A stretch of 64,000 nt of DNA from Raja brachyura. Lineage: Eukaryota. Position 1 is the first letter of the stretch; every line of letters begins with the position of its first letter. Both the position numbers and the translations under genes were made by a program. Shown here in pieces: positions 1-13,517 of the stretch. The stretch covers positions 11,842,001 through 11,906,000 of the forward strand of contig OY740808.1 of assembly GCA_963514005.1 (NCBI GenBank). The letters run 5' to 3'. Below the pieces are notes generated by a model. It ran no database searches and had not been told where the DNA came from. It saw only the letters and a list, made by a program, of their open reading frames with translations.

Positions 1-1640
1 TGATAAACACCTTATCGAACTGTTGCTGCCTTCAATGATGAGTGTACTAAGATGCCTATGTTCAGTACTTCCTTGGACCCTACTGTCATTATGTATTAAC
101 ATTATCACTTTACCCAAAATGCACAACTCTTCAGAATTAATATCCATCATTCCTCGGCCTACCTTACCATATCAATGTTCTGTAAATGAAGACTACCCTC
201 CACATGATCAACAACAGTTCCATGATTTGTGTCAACTGTGCAGTTACTGATCATATCCTACATTTACATTCAAATTAGTAATGTATATAACAAACATCAA
301 GGGCCTGAGCACCAATTACTTCATACATACTGGTCACAGGCTCCAATGCAAAAAGCTTCCTTGACCGTTACCTTCCATACCGAATCACCAAACATATTTT
401 GCATCCAATTTACCAATACATTGAGGAATGGGACTGCTGGGAATGATCAGAGTACAAGCATGGGTACTCACAGCATGGGCTGAATTGTCATCTAAAGTAA
501 GTGTAGGAAGGTGGGAATCTGACCAGACAGTCAAAAGAACTATCGAATCGGAAAATAATAAAATCAAGGGTGTAGAAAGGAACTGCAGATGCTGAAGATG
601 AGAGGGTCTCGACCTGAAACTCACCAATCCTTTTTCTCCAGAGGTGCTGCCTGACTTGCTGAATTACACCAGCACTTTGCGTCTATCTTCATTAATAAAG
701 TCAATACTGAGAGAATTGGTATCGGATGGTTTGAGAAAAGAGCTGGAAGTGGCAAATTTATAATTGCGGAATTAAATGGGATTTGAAGCATATCTTGCGG
801 TTGATTACAAAGATGTACTATAGCGTGAGAAAAACATCTATCTATATATAAGTGATGGTTGTTGACCATCAATTATGTTTGCAAAATTCACACATTTTAG
901 CTATCGTGTAAACTAGCCTCACAGGTTGTCAGGCAGTATTGTATTCTGTGGCGAGAATATTTGCAGTCAGAGGATGGTGTAAAACAGTTTAGCGATTTAT
1001 GACCTTTATATTGTTTTGCTATTGCAAAGACCCCTTTGATGTAACACCTACGCGAGACAAAACTAACCAGGTGCGTGAACTATTGCAAAATTTCACCAAA
1101 CTTGTTAAATTCACACCTTTGAAACATCCACACCAGTTCCTAACAACGAGCCAAGAGCTATTCTGCTTCTATATTGCATGAATAATAATGAGATTTATTC
1201 CTTGCATTGATCTCACATCTCTTTCAATCATCCCCTCCACCATTAACCCACGTGTGCTCGTTCGGCATTTTGCCCACTTAATACATTCTATTTACTATTT
1301 TTTTCATTCTTTTTCTGATCAGTAATCATTTACTTGCCAACCTGGACACGTACATTGGGTGAAATTTCTGGCCCAACAGCCGCTCAGAATATAGTCGGAT
1401 CAACAGGGTCGCTGGCTATATCGCTATTGGTCGCCACAGGTACATCTTGTTCCCTTTTGTGTCGCTGGTAGGTTCTATCTCAAATCCACCGCCTTGGCGT
1501 CACAGCAGTTTTTATATTAATTTATCTGATAAAATCACTGGGATTGATTTAATACAACCAATGAATATTTAAACCTCAAATTTGCTCCAGGCAGTGTTTG
1601 AAGCTGCAAAAGAGAGACTGGGGTGAATTGAGGGGTGGGA

Positions 1641-3985
1641 TGCAAGTCAAGAGAGTTTATTGTCATGTGTCCCAGGTAGGACAATGAAATTCATGCTTGC
1701 TGCAGCACAACTGAATATTGTAGGCATAAATACAGATCAGTTCAGTGTGTCCATATACCATAGAATATATATATACACACATAAATTAACAGATAACGTG
1801 CAAAAGGCTGTTCAGAGTTTGTTTGAAGTTGTGTTTAATAGTCTGATGGCTGTGGGGAAGAAGCTGCTCTTGAACCTGGATGTTGCAGATTTCTGGCTCC
1901 TGTACCTTCTACTTGATGGCAAGCGGAGAGATGAGTGTGTGGCCAGGATGGTGTGGGTAGTTGATGCTGCTGGAAGCCTTTTTGTGGCAGCAACTGCAAT
2001 AGATCCCTTCGATGGTAGGGAGGTCAGAGCCGATGATGGACTGGGCAGTATTTACAACTTTTTGTAGCTTTTTCTGCTCCTGGACGCTCAGGTTGCCGTA
2101 CCAAGCCATGATGCAACCGGTCAGCTTGCTCTCTACTGCGCACCTGTAAAAGTTCGAGAGAGTCCTCCTTGACATACCGACTCTCCTTAATCTTCTCAGG
2201 AAGTAGAGGTGCTGATGTGCTTTCTTTATGATTGCATCAGTGCTGGGACCAGGAGAGATCATCGGAAGTATGCACACGCAGGAATTTGAGGTTCTTGACC
2301 CTTTCCACCAATGACCCATTGATATAAACAGGACTGTGGATCCCCATCCTACCCCTTCCGAAGTCCACAATCAAGTTCCTTGGTTTTACTGGTGTTGAGA
2401 GTCAGGTTATTGTGCTGGCACCATTTGGTCAATCGGTCGATCTCACTTCTATACTCTGACTCGTCCCCATCAGTGATATGTCCCACAACAGTTGTGTCGT
2501 CGGCGAACTTGAATGAATAAGTTTGCGCTATGCCTGGCTATGCAGTCATGAGTATAGAGTGAGTACAACAGGAGGCTGAGCACACAGCCTTGGGGTGCTC
2601 CCGTGCTGATTGTTATCGAGGATGACACATTTCCACCAATTTGGACAGACTGTGGTCTGTGAATGAGGAAGTCGAGGATCCAATTGCAGAGGGATGTGCA
2701 GAGACCGAGATCTGAGAGCTTGGTAACCAGCTTGGCGGGGATGATTGTATTAAATGCCGAGCTGTAGTCAATGAATAACAGCCTGACATATGAGTTTTTG
2801 TTTTCCAAGTAGTCCAGAGCGGTGTGGAGAGCCAGTGAGTTCGCATCCACCGTTGATCTGTTGTGGCGGTGGGCGAATTACAGTGGGTCCAGATTTTTGT
2901 TGAGGTATGAGTTGATTTGCGCCATGATCAGCCTCTAAAAGCACTTCATCACCACAGACGTTAGTGCCACTGTTCAATAGTCATTGAGGCATGTCACCTT
3001 GCACTTCTTGGGCACCGGTATTATTGATGCCCTTTTAAAGCAGGTGGGAACTTCAGACCTCAGAAGTGAGAGGTTGAAAATGTCCATAAAAAGTCCAGCC
3101 AGTTGGCCCGCACAGGTTTTGGTATACCATAATGTCCAGGCACTTTCCCAGGGTTCACCCCTCTGAAGGATCTTTTGATGTCGGCCTCTGTGACTGTGAC
3201 CGAAATACCATCACGGCGAATGGGGGCTCTGGAAGGCACATAAGTGTTCTCCCCATCAAAGCATGCATCAAATGCATGGAGCTCGTCATAGAGTGATGCT
3301 TCGCTGACATTTGAGCAGCCTTCTGATTGCGCCTTCTAGGAGGTGATTGCATTCAAGCCACGCCACAGTTGCCGAACATCCGTCTCATCCTCCAGCTTGG
3401 AACAGAAGTCCCTTTTGGCCCATGGTCGTATCTGGATTCTTGTCGACCATTGTATCTCCAGAACAGCAGAAGAATGCGGATCTCATGGTTCATCCAAGGC
3501 TTCTGGTTAGGAAACACTCGGAAACTTTTTGTTGGGATGCAGTCCTTCACACATTTCTTTATGAAGTCTGTAACGACTGTGGCATATTCATTCATGTCTG
3601 TTGCCGAGTCCCTGAACATTGCCCAGTCTACAGACTCCAAACAGTCCTGGAGTTGTTCCTCTGCCCCCCCCCTCCCCCACCCCCTTGACCAGCTCTGTAC
3701 AGTCCTCACCTCTGGGGGTGCGCTCTTCAATTGCTGCCTGTAGGCAGGAAGAAGCAACACCGCGGTATGCTCAGATTTACCGAAGTGAGGGTGAGGAATA
3801 GAGCGATAGGCATCCTTGATGGTCGTGTAGCAGTGGTCGAGGATGTTTGGTCCTCTGGCACTGTAGGAGACATGTTGGTGGAAGTTAAGGAGCGATTTCT
3901 TAAGATTGGCTTTGTTGAAGTCCCCGGCTACGGTGGTAAATGCCTCTGAGTAAGCCGCCTGGTGCTTGTTGATCATGGCGTACAG
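1641..3985 (-). mobile_element. Degenerate non-LTR retrotransposon, Rex1/Babar-like (EN + RT fragments)
   Basis: Minus-strand ORF pieces: EN 'VAGDFNKANL...NILDHCYTTIKDAY' (3353-4063), RT '[19 protein letters not shown]...GAPQGCVLS' (2470-2850), C-terminal 'HLYFLRRLRR' (1909-2370). Frameshifted; ends approximate. Confidence 0.8.
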
Positions 3986-4984
3986 ATAGAAGAGTTTTGG
4001 AAAATGGTTGAGGCTGGTTTGGGGTGGATGGGGAGGGTAGGGAAAACAAAGTATTGAAGACATTAGTGGGATGCGAGGATGGGGTGCTGATGATTTTCAG
4101 GAAAGGTAGGAAAAAAACAGTCCATGTATATTAATATATTGGATAGGAAACAGAACATCGTTTATAATGAAGAACAAATTGTGAAAGGTCAACTTGCTAC
4201 TTTCCTCTTGCGCTCATAACCCAATCATTTCCAGAATAAAGAAAGGATTAATTTCATAATGGTAGTGAACTGGAGATCACATTTCCCCAACAAATGTAAT
4301 TTTTTTCTAATTGTACAAAATCACGGCATCCATCTAATTATCGCATCACCCCCGGGGTGAAGATAGGCAGGTAGGTAGCACATTTTAGTTTGGATAGTGA
4401 AAACAAAAAAAAAGTGCCATTCAGGAGACATTACGAGGAGAGGAGGTATAATTTAGTATCGTCTTCGAGGCTGGATGGTTAGCATCCCACCCTCCCATCC
4501 CACTAATGCCCTCACTGTTTCAGCTCCCCAATCACCTCATAACACTCCCATCCATCCCCCAACATGGGCGATCGAACGGCAATCACATACTTTACGAGGG
4601 GAGAAATGTTTTATGGCTTGAACAGTGGATAGGGAAAATGGGAATATGATTACAGAAGGGAATGAGGAGAGTGGCTCAGCAGGCAGTGCTGATGCCTGAT
4701 AGCTACAACGGATTCAATGCTGCAGTCTGGTCCTACGTCAGTGGGGGCGTATAGTCTCCCTGTTACCACATCCCAAAGACTTGCTGGTTGGCAGGTTAAT
4801 TGTCTACTGCAAATTACCCCTTGTGTAGATGATGGTAGAGGTAATTGATGGGAGAATCGGTGGTGGTGGTGGGGGAGGGGTGTTGTTAATGGGCATGTGA
4901 GAGAGAATAGGTTACAGGGAAATAAGTAGGGGAAGAGGATTGATGGGATTATGGCGAACCCACGTATATGTCGAGGCGGTGGGG

Positions 4985-6090
4985 AGAAATCGGGTAGGGT
5001 CTACTGCAAACCCACTGACTCCCAGAAGTATCTCGACTACACCTCTTCCCACCCTGCTTCCTCCAAAGACTCTATCCCCTACTCCCAATTCCTCCATCTA
5101 CACCGCATCTACGCCCAAGATGAGGTGTTCCATACTACAACATCCGAGATGTCCTCAATCTTTAGGGAACAGGGGTTCCCCTCTCCCATCAAAATGAGGC
5201 CCCCACTCGCGTCTCCTTCTCCCTTGCTCACACCTAGTCACAACAGAGTCCGAGTCCCTCTAGTCCATACCTTCCACTCCATCAACCATCGCATACAACA
5301 CATAATCCTCCGAAATTGCTACCATCTCCAACGGGATCCCACCACTAGCCACATTTTCCCATCTCCACCCCTTTCCACCTTCCGCAGAGACCGTTCCCTC
5401 TGCAACTCCCTGGTTAACTCATCCCCTTCTACCCAAACCACCCCATCCCCAGGTACCTTCCCCAGAAAATGCAAGACCTGTCGCTATACTTCCTCCCTCA
5501 ACTCTGTCCAGGGACCCCGACAGTCCTTTCAGGTTAGACAGTGTTCACTTGCACCCCATTCATCCGCATCTACTGTATCCGTTGTTCAAGATGTGGACTC
5601 TTATACATCGGTAATACCAAATGTAGACAGGGCGATCGCTTTGTGGAACACCTTCGCTCTGCCCTCGTGAACCAACCTGATCTCCCGGGTGCCGGATACT
5701 TTAATTCTCCTTCCCATTCCTATACAGACCTTTCTGTCCTCGGTCTCCTCCATTGTCAGAGCTTGCAGCCCATGGTATGAATATTGATTTATCTCACTTC
5801 AGGTAGCCCCGGCATTCCCTCTCTCTCCATCCCTCCCCCACCCAAGTCGCACTAAATTCTCATTTTCACCCAACAAACAGCTTAGAATGGCCTGTTTCCT
5901 TTATCATCATTACTTTTTTACATATCTTTCATTCATTGTTCTTTATCTCTCCACATCACCGTCTATATCTCTCGTTTCCCTTATCCCTAACCAGTCTGAA
6001 GAAGGCTATTGACCCTAACGTCACCCATTCCTTCTCTCCAGAGATGCTGTCTGTCCCGCTGAGTTACTCCAGCTTTTTGTGTCTATCTTC
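4985..6090 (+). mobile_element. Penelope-like element, 3' part (RT C-terminus, GIY-YIG endonuclease, terminal repeat)
   Basis: 'YCKPTDSQKYLDYTSSHP...SIPYSQFL' then 'IYCIRCSRCGLLYIGNTK...RFVEH' (GIY-YIG). Followed by the terminal repeat ctgaagaagg...acgtcaccc seen many times in the window. Confidence 0.8.
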
Positions 6091-6475
6091 AGGGTAATTG
6101 AGTGATTACCTAAAATGGGTTAATTCAATGTTCATAACGTTGGTTTGTAAGATACCCAAGTCGAATATGAGGTGCTGTTCCTCCGGGTTGCGTGCGGCCA
6201 TATTTTGGCAATAGAGGAGGCTCCAGACAGAAAGGTTAATGTGGTCATTGGAAGGTTTTGCTTGTACATTCGAAAAATGGCCTTAAAACATTATCTGCAC
6301 CCTGATCACTAATCCGGAATATGGTGAGCCGACTGGCCGTCATGGAATGAAGTGTTCGTCACCAATATTTTCTGAACACAGGAGTTGAGAGATGGTGAAC
6401 CAGAGTCCGCATCCACGCCTGACATCAAACTCGATTTTTTATTGAGAGGAAGGATGGGTTTCCCCCCTTGTCTAG

Positions 6476-7509
6476 TAGCAATGTTACAAAATTTTGAGAT
6501 TTAAAAAATCAAGTCTGCAATTTATCCCATCAGACAAAGCATAAAAAGAAGTTTAATCTGATACCTAATTCACGTTCATATCTTCAGTATTAAGAAAGTT
6601 ATGGCCATTTTCATACTCGGAAATTAGCATCTTGTTCCCCATTGCCTTTCAATTGACTTAATTCAAAAGCTGTGATCTGGAACAGTTAAAAGCCCATAAC
6701 TTTCTTAAAAATTAAGAGAACTCAATGACATTTTCAGTTATTATAGATTGAAGCATTCTGAAACAAATATGAAACAATCTTACTTGGATGACCTGAAATT
6801 AAAGCATATAATTAGTTAGTTATCTAATTGTAGCTAATTACAAAATTCAATGAGTAGATCTAAACATCTATCCATTTCTTAAGAAAAGATAAACTTTTTT
6901 TTAATTGCCTAAGTGTCCAAATAACATTCACACAATAATCCACAATATAACATAATTTTTAAATCTCATTTTCATGAATTTCTGGGCCAAATGGAAGGAA
7001 TTTAGTGTTTTATGCCTGTAAATTAATGGCCATTTAAATCAACTAGCGAGTGGGTTTTAGTGGAATGCGGTGGATTGGAACGTTGCGGTTAGCGGTGAAG
7101 TTGGGAGGAAAAATACTGTTTGTTCATACATTTTTTTGGACCCCATTTCGCAACATGAAAATGGTATTAAAGCCTCGCAAAAAACCAACTTTTAATATAA
7201 AAATAAACTATTTACCTTTTTTTCTCCCCTACGCAAAACCCTTCCGGTTGTCGGCGCTCACGGCTTTTGAAGGTGATATTTAAATTACTCTAGTTAATAA
7301 ATAATTTAGAGTAATTTAAAAATACCTTCATTCATGAAATGTCGGAGCGATTTTTCTTCCGCAACAAAATCGCCCGACATTGATCGATTTTCCCTGCCTG
7401 TGGAAAAACGCAACTTTAAGCCCGCCCCCCTCTGAAAGGCACCAAAGTCGCGCACACGGGGAGCGGCAGAACTGCAGCGCTGCTCAAGGTAAGCTTTGTA
7501 ACATACCTA
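6476..7509. mobile_element. Non-autonomous TIR DNA transposon
   Basis: Imperfect TIRs tagcaatgttacaaa ... tttgtaacataccta. Direct repeat TGTCTAG at 6469-6475 and 7510-7516. No transposase ORF. Confidence 0.7.
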
Positions 7510-7579
7510 TGTCTAGCACCACCAGGGAGATGACCTTGATTACACAGGATTAATTTGGCAGCCAAATATTATTGGAGGT

Positions 7580-7813
7580 AGACAAAAGTGCTGGAGAAAC
7601 TCAGCGGGTGCTGCAGCATCTATGGAGGAAGCAAATAGGCAATGTTTCGGCCCGAAACGTTGCTTATTTCGAATCGTTGCCTATTAGTATTGCGTAGTTT
7701 GGCCCGAAAAGTTGCCTATTTCCTTCGCTCCATGGATGCTGCTGCACCCGCTGAGTTTCTCCAGCACTTTTGTTTACCTTCGATTTTCCAGCATCAGCAG
7801 TTCCTTCTTAAAC
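7580..7813. mobile_element. Short inverted Penelope-terminal-repeat-derived element
   Basis: Fold-back copies of the agacaaaa..gctggagaaactcagcggg..gcagcatc repeat. Flanking 12-bp direct repeat ATTATTGGAGGT at 7568-7579 and 7814-7825. Confidence 0.7.
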
Positions 7814-8269
7814 ATTATTGGAGGTTTAAACTGGACGATCTTGTATTCATGTACACAAAATTATCTTTATCCACTTAATTCATTTTGATACCTTTCAATA
7901 ATCGGACTAACGAATTCCTGAATCCACATTGGGACGCAATTGTATATTGTTCAATCTCCACGTCTCCAAATGATTAAAATGAACATTTACCCTTTTTGAC
8001 GACTGGTGTATTTTTATTTTTCCGCCACTCAATTATAAAGCTAATTAACGCAATAGTTGGCATTGTCTGTGAAGCTGAGTAACCTGTCTGTGGGACGTTG
8101 TCAACAGGATAGAAGAATGGTGTGCGCTCCCATGTGTAATGAAAGCTGGAGGGTGGGGCAAACTCTTGCAAGTAATAGGTGGATACAGGTGACTGGGGCG
8201 GCCGGGGGGGGAGGGGAGAAATCGGCTGACGGCTGGACAAATGCCGGATATGAAAAGACAAAAAATATG

Positions 8270-8855
8270 AAATCTACTATAAACCTACCAACTCAAACAG
8301 TTATTTCGATTACACCTCCTCCCACCCTGAATCTTCCAAAGATGCCATTCCTTCTTTCAATGTGCGTAACTGTCTCTGCTGCATCTGCTTCTAAGGCGAG
8401 GCTCTCCATTCCAGGACATCTGAGATGTCCTGTTTTTTTAGTGAACATGGATTCTCCACTGTTGTAGTAGATGAAAAACCCAACCCCATCTCACCTGTGT
8501 CCTGTAGTTTTGCTCTCATCCCCCTCTCTACAGACTGAACAAGGATAGAGTTCCCCAGGTGCTTACCTTTCACCCCATGAGCATTCGTATCCAACATAAC
8601 ATTCTCCAACAATTCCGCCACCTTCAATGTGATCCTATCACCAGTCACATTTTTCCCATTCCCACCCCTTTCAATTTTCTGTACAGAACACTCCCTGTTC
8701 AACTCCGTGGTTCCCTTATCCCTTCCCACCCAAACCACCCGCTACTCATGTACTTTCTCCTGCAACTACAAGAGACGTTACACCTATCTCAATATCTTTC
8801 CCCTCAAGTCTATTCAGGGACCCCAGCAGTCCTTCCAGGTGAGGCAGAGGTTCTG
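8270..8855 (+). mobile_element. Decayed Penelope-like fragment
   Basis: 'LTFHPMSIRIQHNILQQFRHLQCDPITSHIFP' and 'IQGPQQSFQVRQRF' match the 4985-6090 element. Confidence 0.7.
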
Positions 8856-9169
8856 AATCCTTGCCCCTGCACCAAATCATCAGCCATATTTTCATCCATC
8901 CTACCTTCCTATTCCTGCCCTCACTAGCATTTGGCACTGGAAGTAATCTGGAGATTACCGGTCTCGAGGTCCTGTTATTAATCTTTTGCTTAACTCCCTA
9001 TAATCACTGTTCAAGGTCTCACCCTTTACCTACCTATGCCAGTTGTGCACACTTGCTTCTGTCTGCTCGATCACCCACAAGAATGTTCTGTAGGTGCTTT
9101 GAGACATCCTTGACCAGGAATGTAAGGATGGAGTCAACAGTATAATCAGCTACCTCCATGCTGGAGTCA

Positions 9170-9700
9170 ACTGTATAATCAGATACCTCCTCTGACAGCT
9201 AATTCCAAAGACCTACCACTGTCTGAGCGAGAAAGTTACCTGTCAGGTACCTAGTAAATCTTTTCCCTCCCACCTTAATCCTATGCCCTCTAGTTCTTGA
9301 TTCCCGTATCTTGGGAAAAAGACTGTGCATCCACCAAATCTTTTTTGTTTATGATTTTATATACCTTTATAATATCACTTCTAAGCTTCCTGCGTTCAAA
9401 TGAATGAAGTCTTAGGCATTTCAGCCTCCCCCTATATCTCAGGCCTGCAAATCCAGACACACCTTCATAAATCTTCTTTGTATTCTTTCCAGCTTGCTGC
9501 AGGATGACCAACACTGAATATGATATTCCAAGTCCAACCACACATGTGTCTTGTACAAAGGTAACACCAAGTGCCAAATACCAAATCCAATTCCCTGACT
9601 AATGAAGACCAACATGCCACAAGACTTCTTCACCACCCCATCTAACTGTGTTGCCACATTTAGGAAACATTATAGCAGAACTCTGCACTACAACACTCCC
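9170..9700 (-). mobile_element. Decayed CR1-like LINE 3' fragment
   Basis: 'LEYHIQCWS...LERIQRRF' and 'LRLHSFERRKLRSDIIKVYKII' resemble the CR1 ORF2 C-terminus. Confidence 0.65.
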
Positions 9701-10484
9701 CAGGGTCCTATTGTGGTCATTCATTGTGAAGGACCTGCCCATAATGCACAGTTGTGCTTTCACCCAGTCTTCTTAAATAGGAGGGTGAACTCGAGAATCT
9801 GAATACTGATCCCTGCTCCCAATTTGAACGTTGGTATGTTTTTAGATGTTGGCAACATATTGACATCTGTTTTTGAAGACTGCGATCACCTGAGGCATTA
9901 TGCACTATTGGCTAAAATGAGTCAATATTTAAAGTGATGGACAGGCTTCTAATCAATTTAGTTGCCTTGTGCGAGATCGTTTTGAACTTCTTCAGATCTC
10001 AATGAGTTGGACTCATTCAGCAATGGAAAAACATACCAGAATCACATAGTGGTCTCATTTTGCAATTTGTATATGATGTGAATGTTTTGATGAGTCAGAA
10101 GATAAGTTACTTCCCACAGCATACCCAGCCAATGGCCTACTTAACAATCCAGAAGCAGCTACATTATTTTACTGAGAATAGTTTATTTTTCTTGCAAATG
10201 GTGACAGACAGGAAATTTTATGGCGAGCTAGCCATTGATACAGCAAATAAATTTGAAGAAGACGTGATTAGAATCTCTGTTGATGGATGTGATGACTGAC
10301 TAGTACTGGTATGACATGAACACCTGTCTGTTCAGTTCTTGCCACACATGGGAACAGTATTTTATATTTTCTGACAAGCTGTGAATGAAACTGAACATTG
10401 CAGAGTAATCAGTAAACATATCCATAGCTGACATTTTGGTGGAGAAGAGTAAGATGTATCAGCTGAAAATGGTTGATGCTGCCA

Positions 10485-11215
10485 ATAGACAATAGGTGCA
10501 GGAGTCAAGCCAGCACTGCCATTCAATGTGACCATGGCTGATCATCCCCAATCAGTACCCCGTTTCTGCCTTCTCCACATATATCCTGACTCTGCTATCT
10601 TTAAGAGCCCTATCTAGCTCTCTCTTGAAAGTATCCAGAGCACCGGCCTCCACCGCCCTCTGACGCAGAGAATTCCACAGACTCACAACTCTATGTGTGA
10701 AAAAGTGTTTCCTCATTTCTGTTCTAATTGCCTTACCCCTTATCCTTAAACTGTGGCCCCTGGTTCTGGACTCCCCCAACATATTTCCTGTCTCTAGCGT
10801 GTCAAAACTCTTAATAATCTTATATGTTTCAATAAGACCCCTTCTCATCCTTTTAAATTCCAGAGTATACATACCAAGCCGCTCCATTCTCTCAGCATCT
10901 GACAGTCCCGCCATCCCAGGAATTAACCTTGTAAACCTACACTGCATGCCCTCCATAGCAAGAATGTCGTTCCTCAAATTAGGGGACCAAAACTGCACAC
11001 AATAATCCAGGTGTGGTCTCACTAGGGTCCTGTACAACTGCAAAAGGACCTCTTTGCTCCTATACTCAACTCCTCTTGTTATGAAGGCCAAAATGCCATT
11101 CACTTTCTTCATTGCCTGCTGTACCTGAATGCCTACTTTCATTGACTGATGAACAAGGACACCCAGATCCCGTTGTACTTCCCTTTTTCCAAACTCGACA
11201 CCACTTAGATAATAA
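10485..11215 (-). mobile_element. CR1 LINE 3' fragment
   Basis: ORF 10552-11142 'LVRPHLDYCVQFWSPNLRNDI...RTRGHSL' followed by the CR1 3' UTR. Confidence 0.85.
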
Positions 11216-11635
11216 TTTGAGAGAACGTCCTTAGGAACACGATAGGTGGTACCACCTGACTGACATTCTCAGCAACTGACTGACATGGCCTCCAGCACTC
11301 TCCTATGTGTGCAACGTGACAATGTCCAGTTAATAATCTTCCCCTGATTTACACTGATCCTCGTTGTTTTATTAAAGACAACATTCTCATATCACCTCCC
11401 CCAACCGACCCCACCCCACCCAAATTCCACATGATCACTGGGGGCCATTTAGAGTAGCCAATTAATTCACCAATTTACACGTTTTTGGGAAAGTGGGAGG
11501 AACCCCGAGCACCCGGAGGCTACTCACTCGGTCCAAGATCAGGAGTGGAGCCAATTCCGCCGTATATAAGGAAAACAATTGATTTATTAAGCGTCAGAGA
11601 CGAGTGGCGCTATAACCGTGCAGCGAGAAACCATT

Positions 11636-11855
11636 GTTTAAGAAGGAACTGCAGATGCTGGAAAATCAAAGGTAGACAAAAATGCTGGAGAAACTCAGCG
11701 GGTGAGGCAGCATCTATGGAGCGAAGGAAATAGGCAACGTTTCGGCCCGAAACCCTTCTGAGTCTGAAGCAGGGTTTCGGCCCGAAACGTTGCCTGTTTC
11801 ATTCGCTCCATAGATGCCGCCTCACCCGCTGAGTTTCTGCAGCATTTTTGTCTAC
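11636..11855. mobile_element. Palindromic Penelope-terminal-repeat-derived element with TSD
   Basis: Near-perfect fold-back centred at about 11760. Flanking 15-bp direct repeat CAGCGAGAAACCATT at 11621-11635 and 11856-11870. Confidence 0.8.
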
Positions 11856-12672
11856 CAGCGAGAAACCATTCGTAGGCGTTGCGCGGTAGACTGTGTGGGC
11901 AGTTTTGTGGCCTGTAATAACGGTGGATGATGCATCTAGACGCTGCAGTCTGCACGCAAACAACATAGAGGATGAATATGCATTATCACTTAAATTAACC
12001 CTTGAATGTTGCCTTCTACAGCCGTGCCAGTGTGAGAGTGTGGTGTTAATGTGAAAGTAAACCGGCATCAGCGTCTCAAAAGCTAGGAGTGGTGGAGACG
12101 TGAATAATGTTCAAACTGGCGGTGAACCTGCAGCAGTTTCACGGCGAAGGAGGTGTCGCGGCTCGTTGGGCTTCATCTGTCTCAGTAGGTGCCGGCGCAT
12201 TTCTGCCTCGGGTTGTTGGTCCTGCTGAGGCTAAAACTGTAACGTTGGTGGATGTGTGGGTCAGTTATCAGGAGAGGATGGCAATGGTACGCGTCCTTTC
12301 GTTTTACCTTTTAAGGCGGGGAGTAGACCAAAGATCCTATAGCGGAGGATCCTATCGCTATTGGCTCTTTGGAGTAGACCAAGCCTTCAGAAGGACTCGC
12401 TGTCCTCCTGCTGCATGAAGCGGGTCAAGCAGCATCTTTGGAGATTAAGGATGGGTGATGTTTCGGGTCTGGACTTCCCAACTCCCCCCCCCCCCCCCCC
12501 CCCGCTGCTCTTCTAGTGAAAACTAACTTGCATCTCTCTCTTCCCCAGTTCTGGCGAAGGATCGCAAACCCGGAAGATTTTTCATTCTACAGACCTTACT
12601 TGACCTTTTGATTTTTTCGCCCCGCAGGAGATTCTGTTTTTGTTTCAGATTTGCAGCATCTGCAGGTGTTTT

Positions 12673-12706
<34 letters not shown>

Positions 12707-13104
12707 AGTGGGAGCGCAACTATAGCTTCAGCTCAGAGCTTACTCTCCGAAGGGCAAGGTGATGTTTAATTTACACAAATGTTGTTGCTCTTTTATTCGG
12801 GCCAAGTTAACGTGAAGTCATGGGGTCAATTACAAGACAGCAATGGATCCGTCGATAGAAGTCTCCATCTCAGTTGATCTTTAGTCACGACATCTCAAGT
12901 TCCTCAGATGTTCGTTCCAACGTTTTAAGCGCCAGTCATGTCGCTGAGAACTGGTCATGCAAACTGTGATCAGTGCTTTGCCGTACCAGTGTCCGCCACG
13001 TTACCGATTTATTAAAAAATAATAGAAAATACTGGACATGTTACAGTCAATCACAATATTTGCAGAATGAAACACAAAACAGGAGCACTGAATCATTTGA
13101 TCTT

Positions 13105-13110
13105 TTTATT
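13105..13110 (-). terminator. Candidate polyadenylation signal of the receptor gene
   Basis: AATAAA on the minus strand about 300 nt after the stop; a second copy at 13008-13013. Confidence 0.4.
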
Positions 13111-13415
13111 AGAACATGTAGGCAGGTTTGAGAAATTACACATCAAAATAACGGCGACGGGAAACAGGAAATTTTTCGCAGAGATTGGCTGAGGATGTAC
13201 TGAATAAAATGACGGCGCACAGCAAAGGTAACTGACAGCGAGGTTCAATTTCTTAACCTGCAGGCCCTACCTAATCAGCGATTTCTAACTTCAGATTTCG
13301 GCATCCATACATTTTGCTTCGGTGGTGAAAGTTTTGTCGGAGACAGTGACCAACAGTCACAGTGACTGTGATTTACAGTTACTGAATGCAGGTTGTCACA
13401 ACTAGCCTAGATTTT

Positions 13416-13517
13416 TCATTTACGCTGCAGCTGGGAGTAAACGACAGGTACTTGCTCTCTATCGCAACTCTGGTTTTGGGGGCTGGCTTTGCGCATGTTC
13501 AGAAGTGAATATTGTAC
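13416..13517 (-). CDS. Receptor terminal exon: ITIM2 + ITIM3
   Basis: Acceptor ttctctatatttgcag|; encodes VQYSLLNMRKASPQNQSCDREQVPVVYSQLQRK-stop. Confidence 0.85.
   Translation of the reverse strand, partial: VQYSLLNMRKASPQNQSCDREQVPVVYSQLQRK

Noticed and set aside
13358-13370. CACAGTG-ACTGTG resembling an RSS heptamer or signal joint
   Set aside because: Wrong order for a signal joint, no nonamer at 12/23 spacing, and it lies in the receptor 3' UTR.
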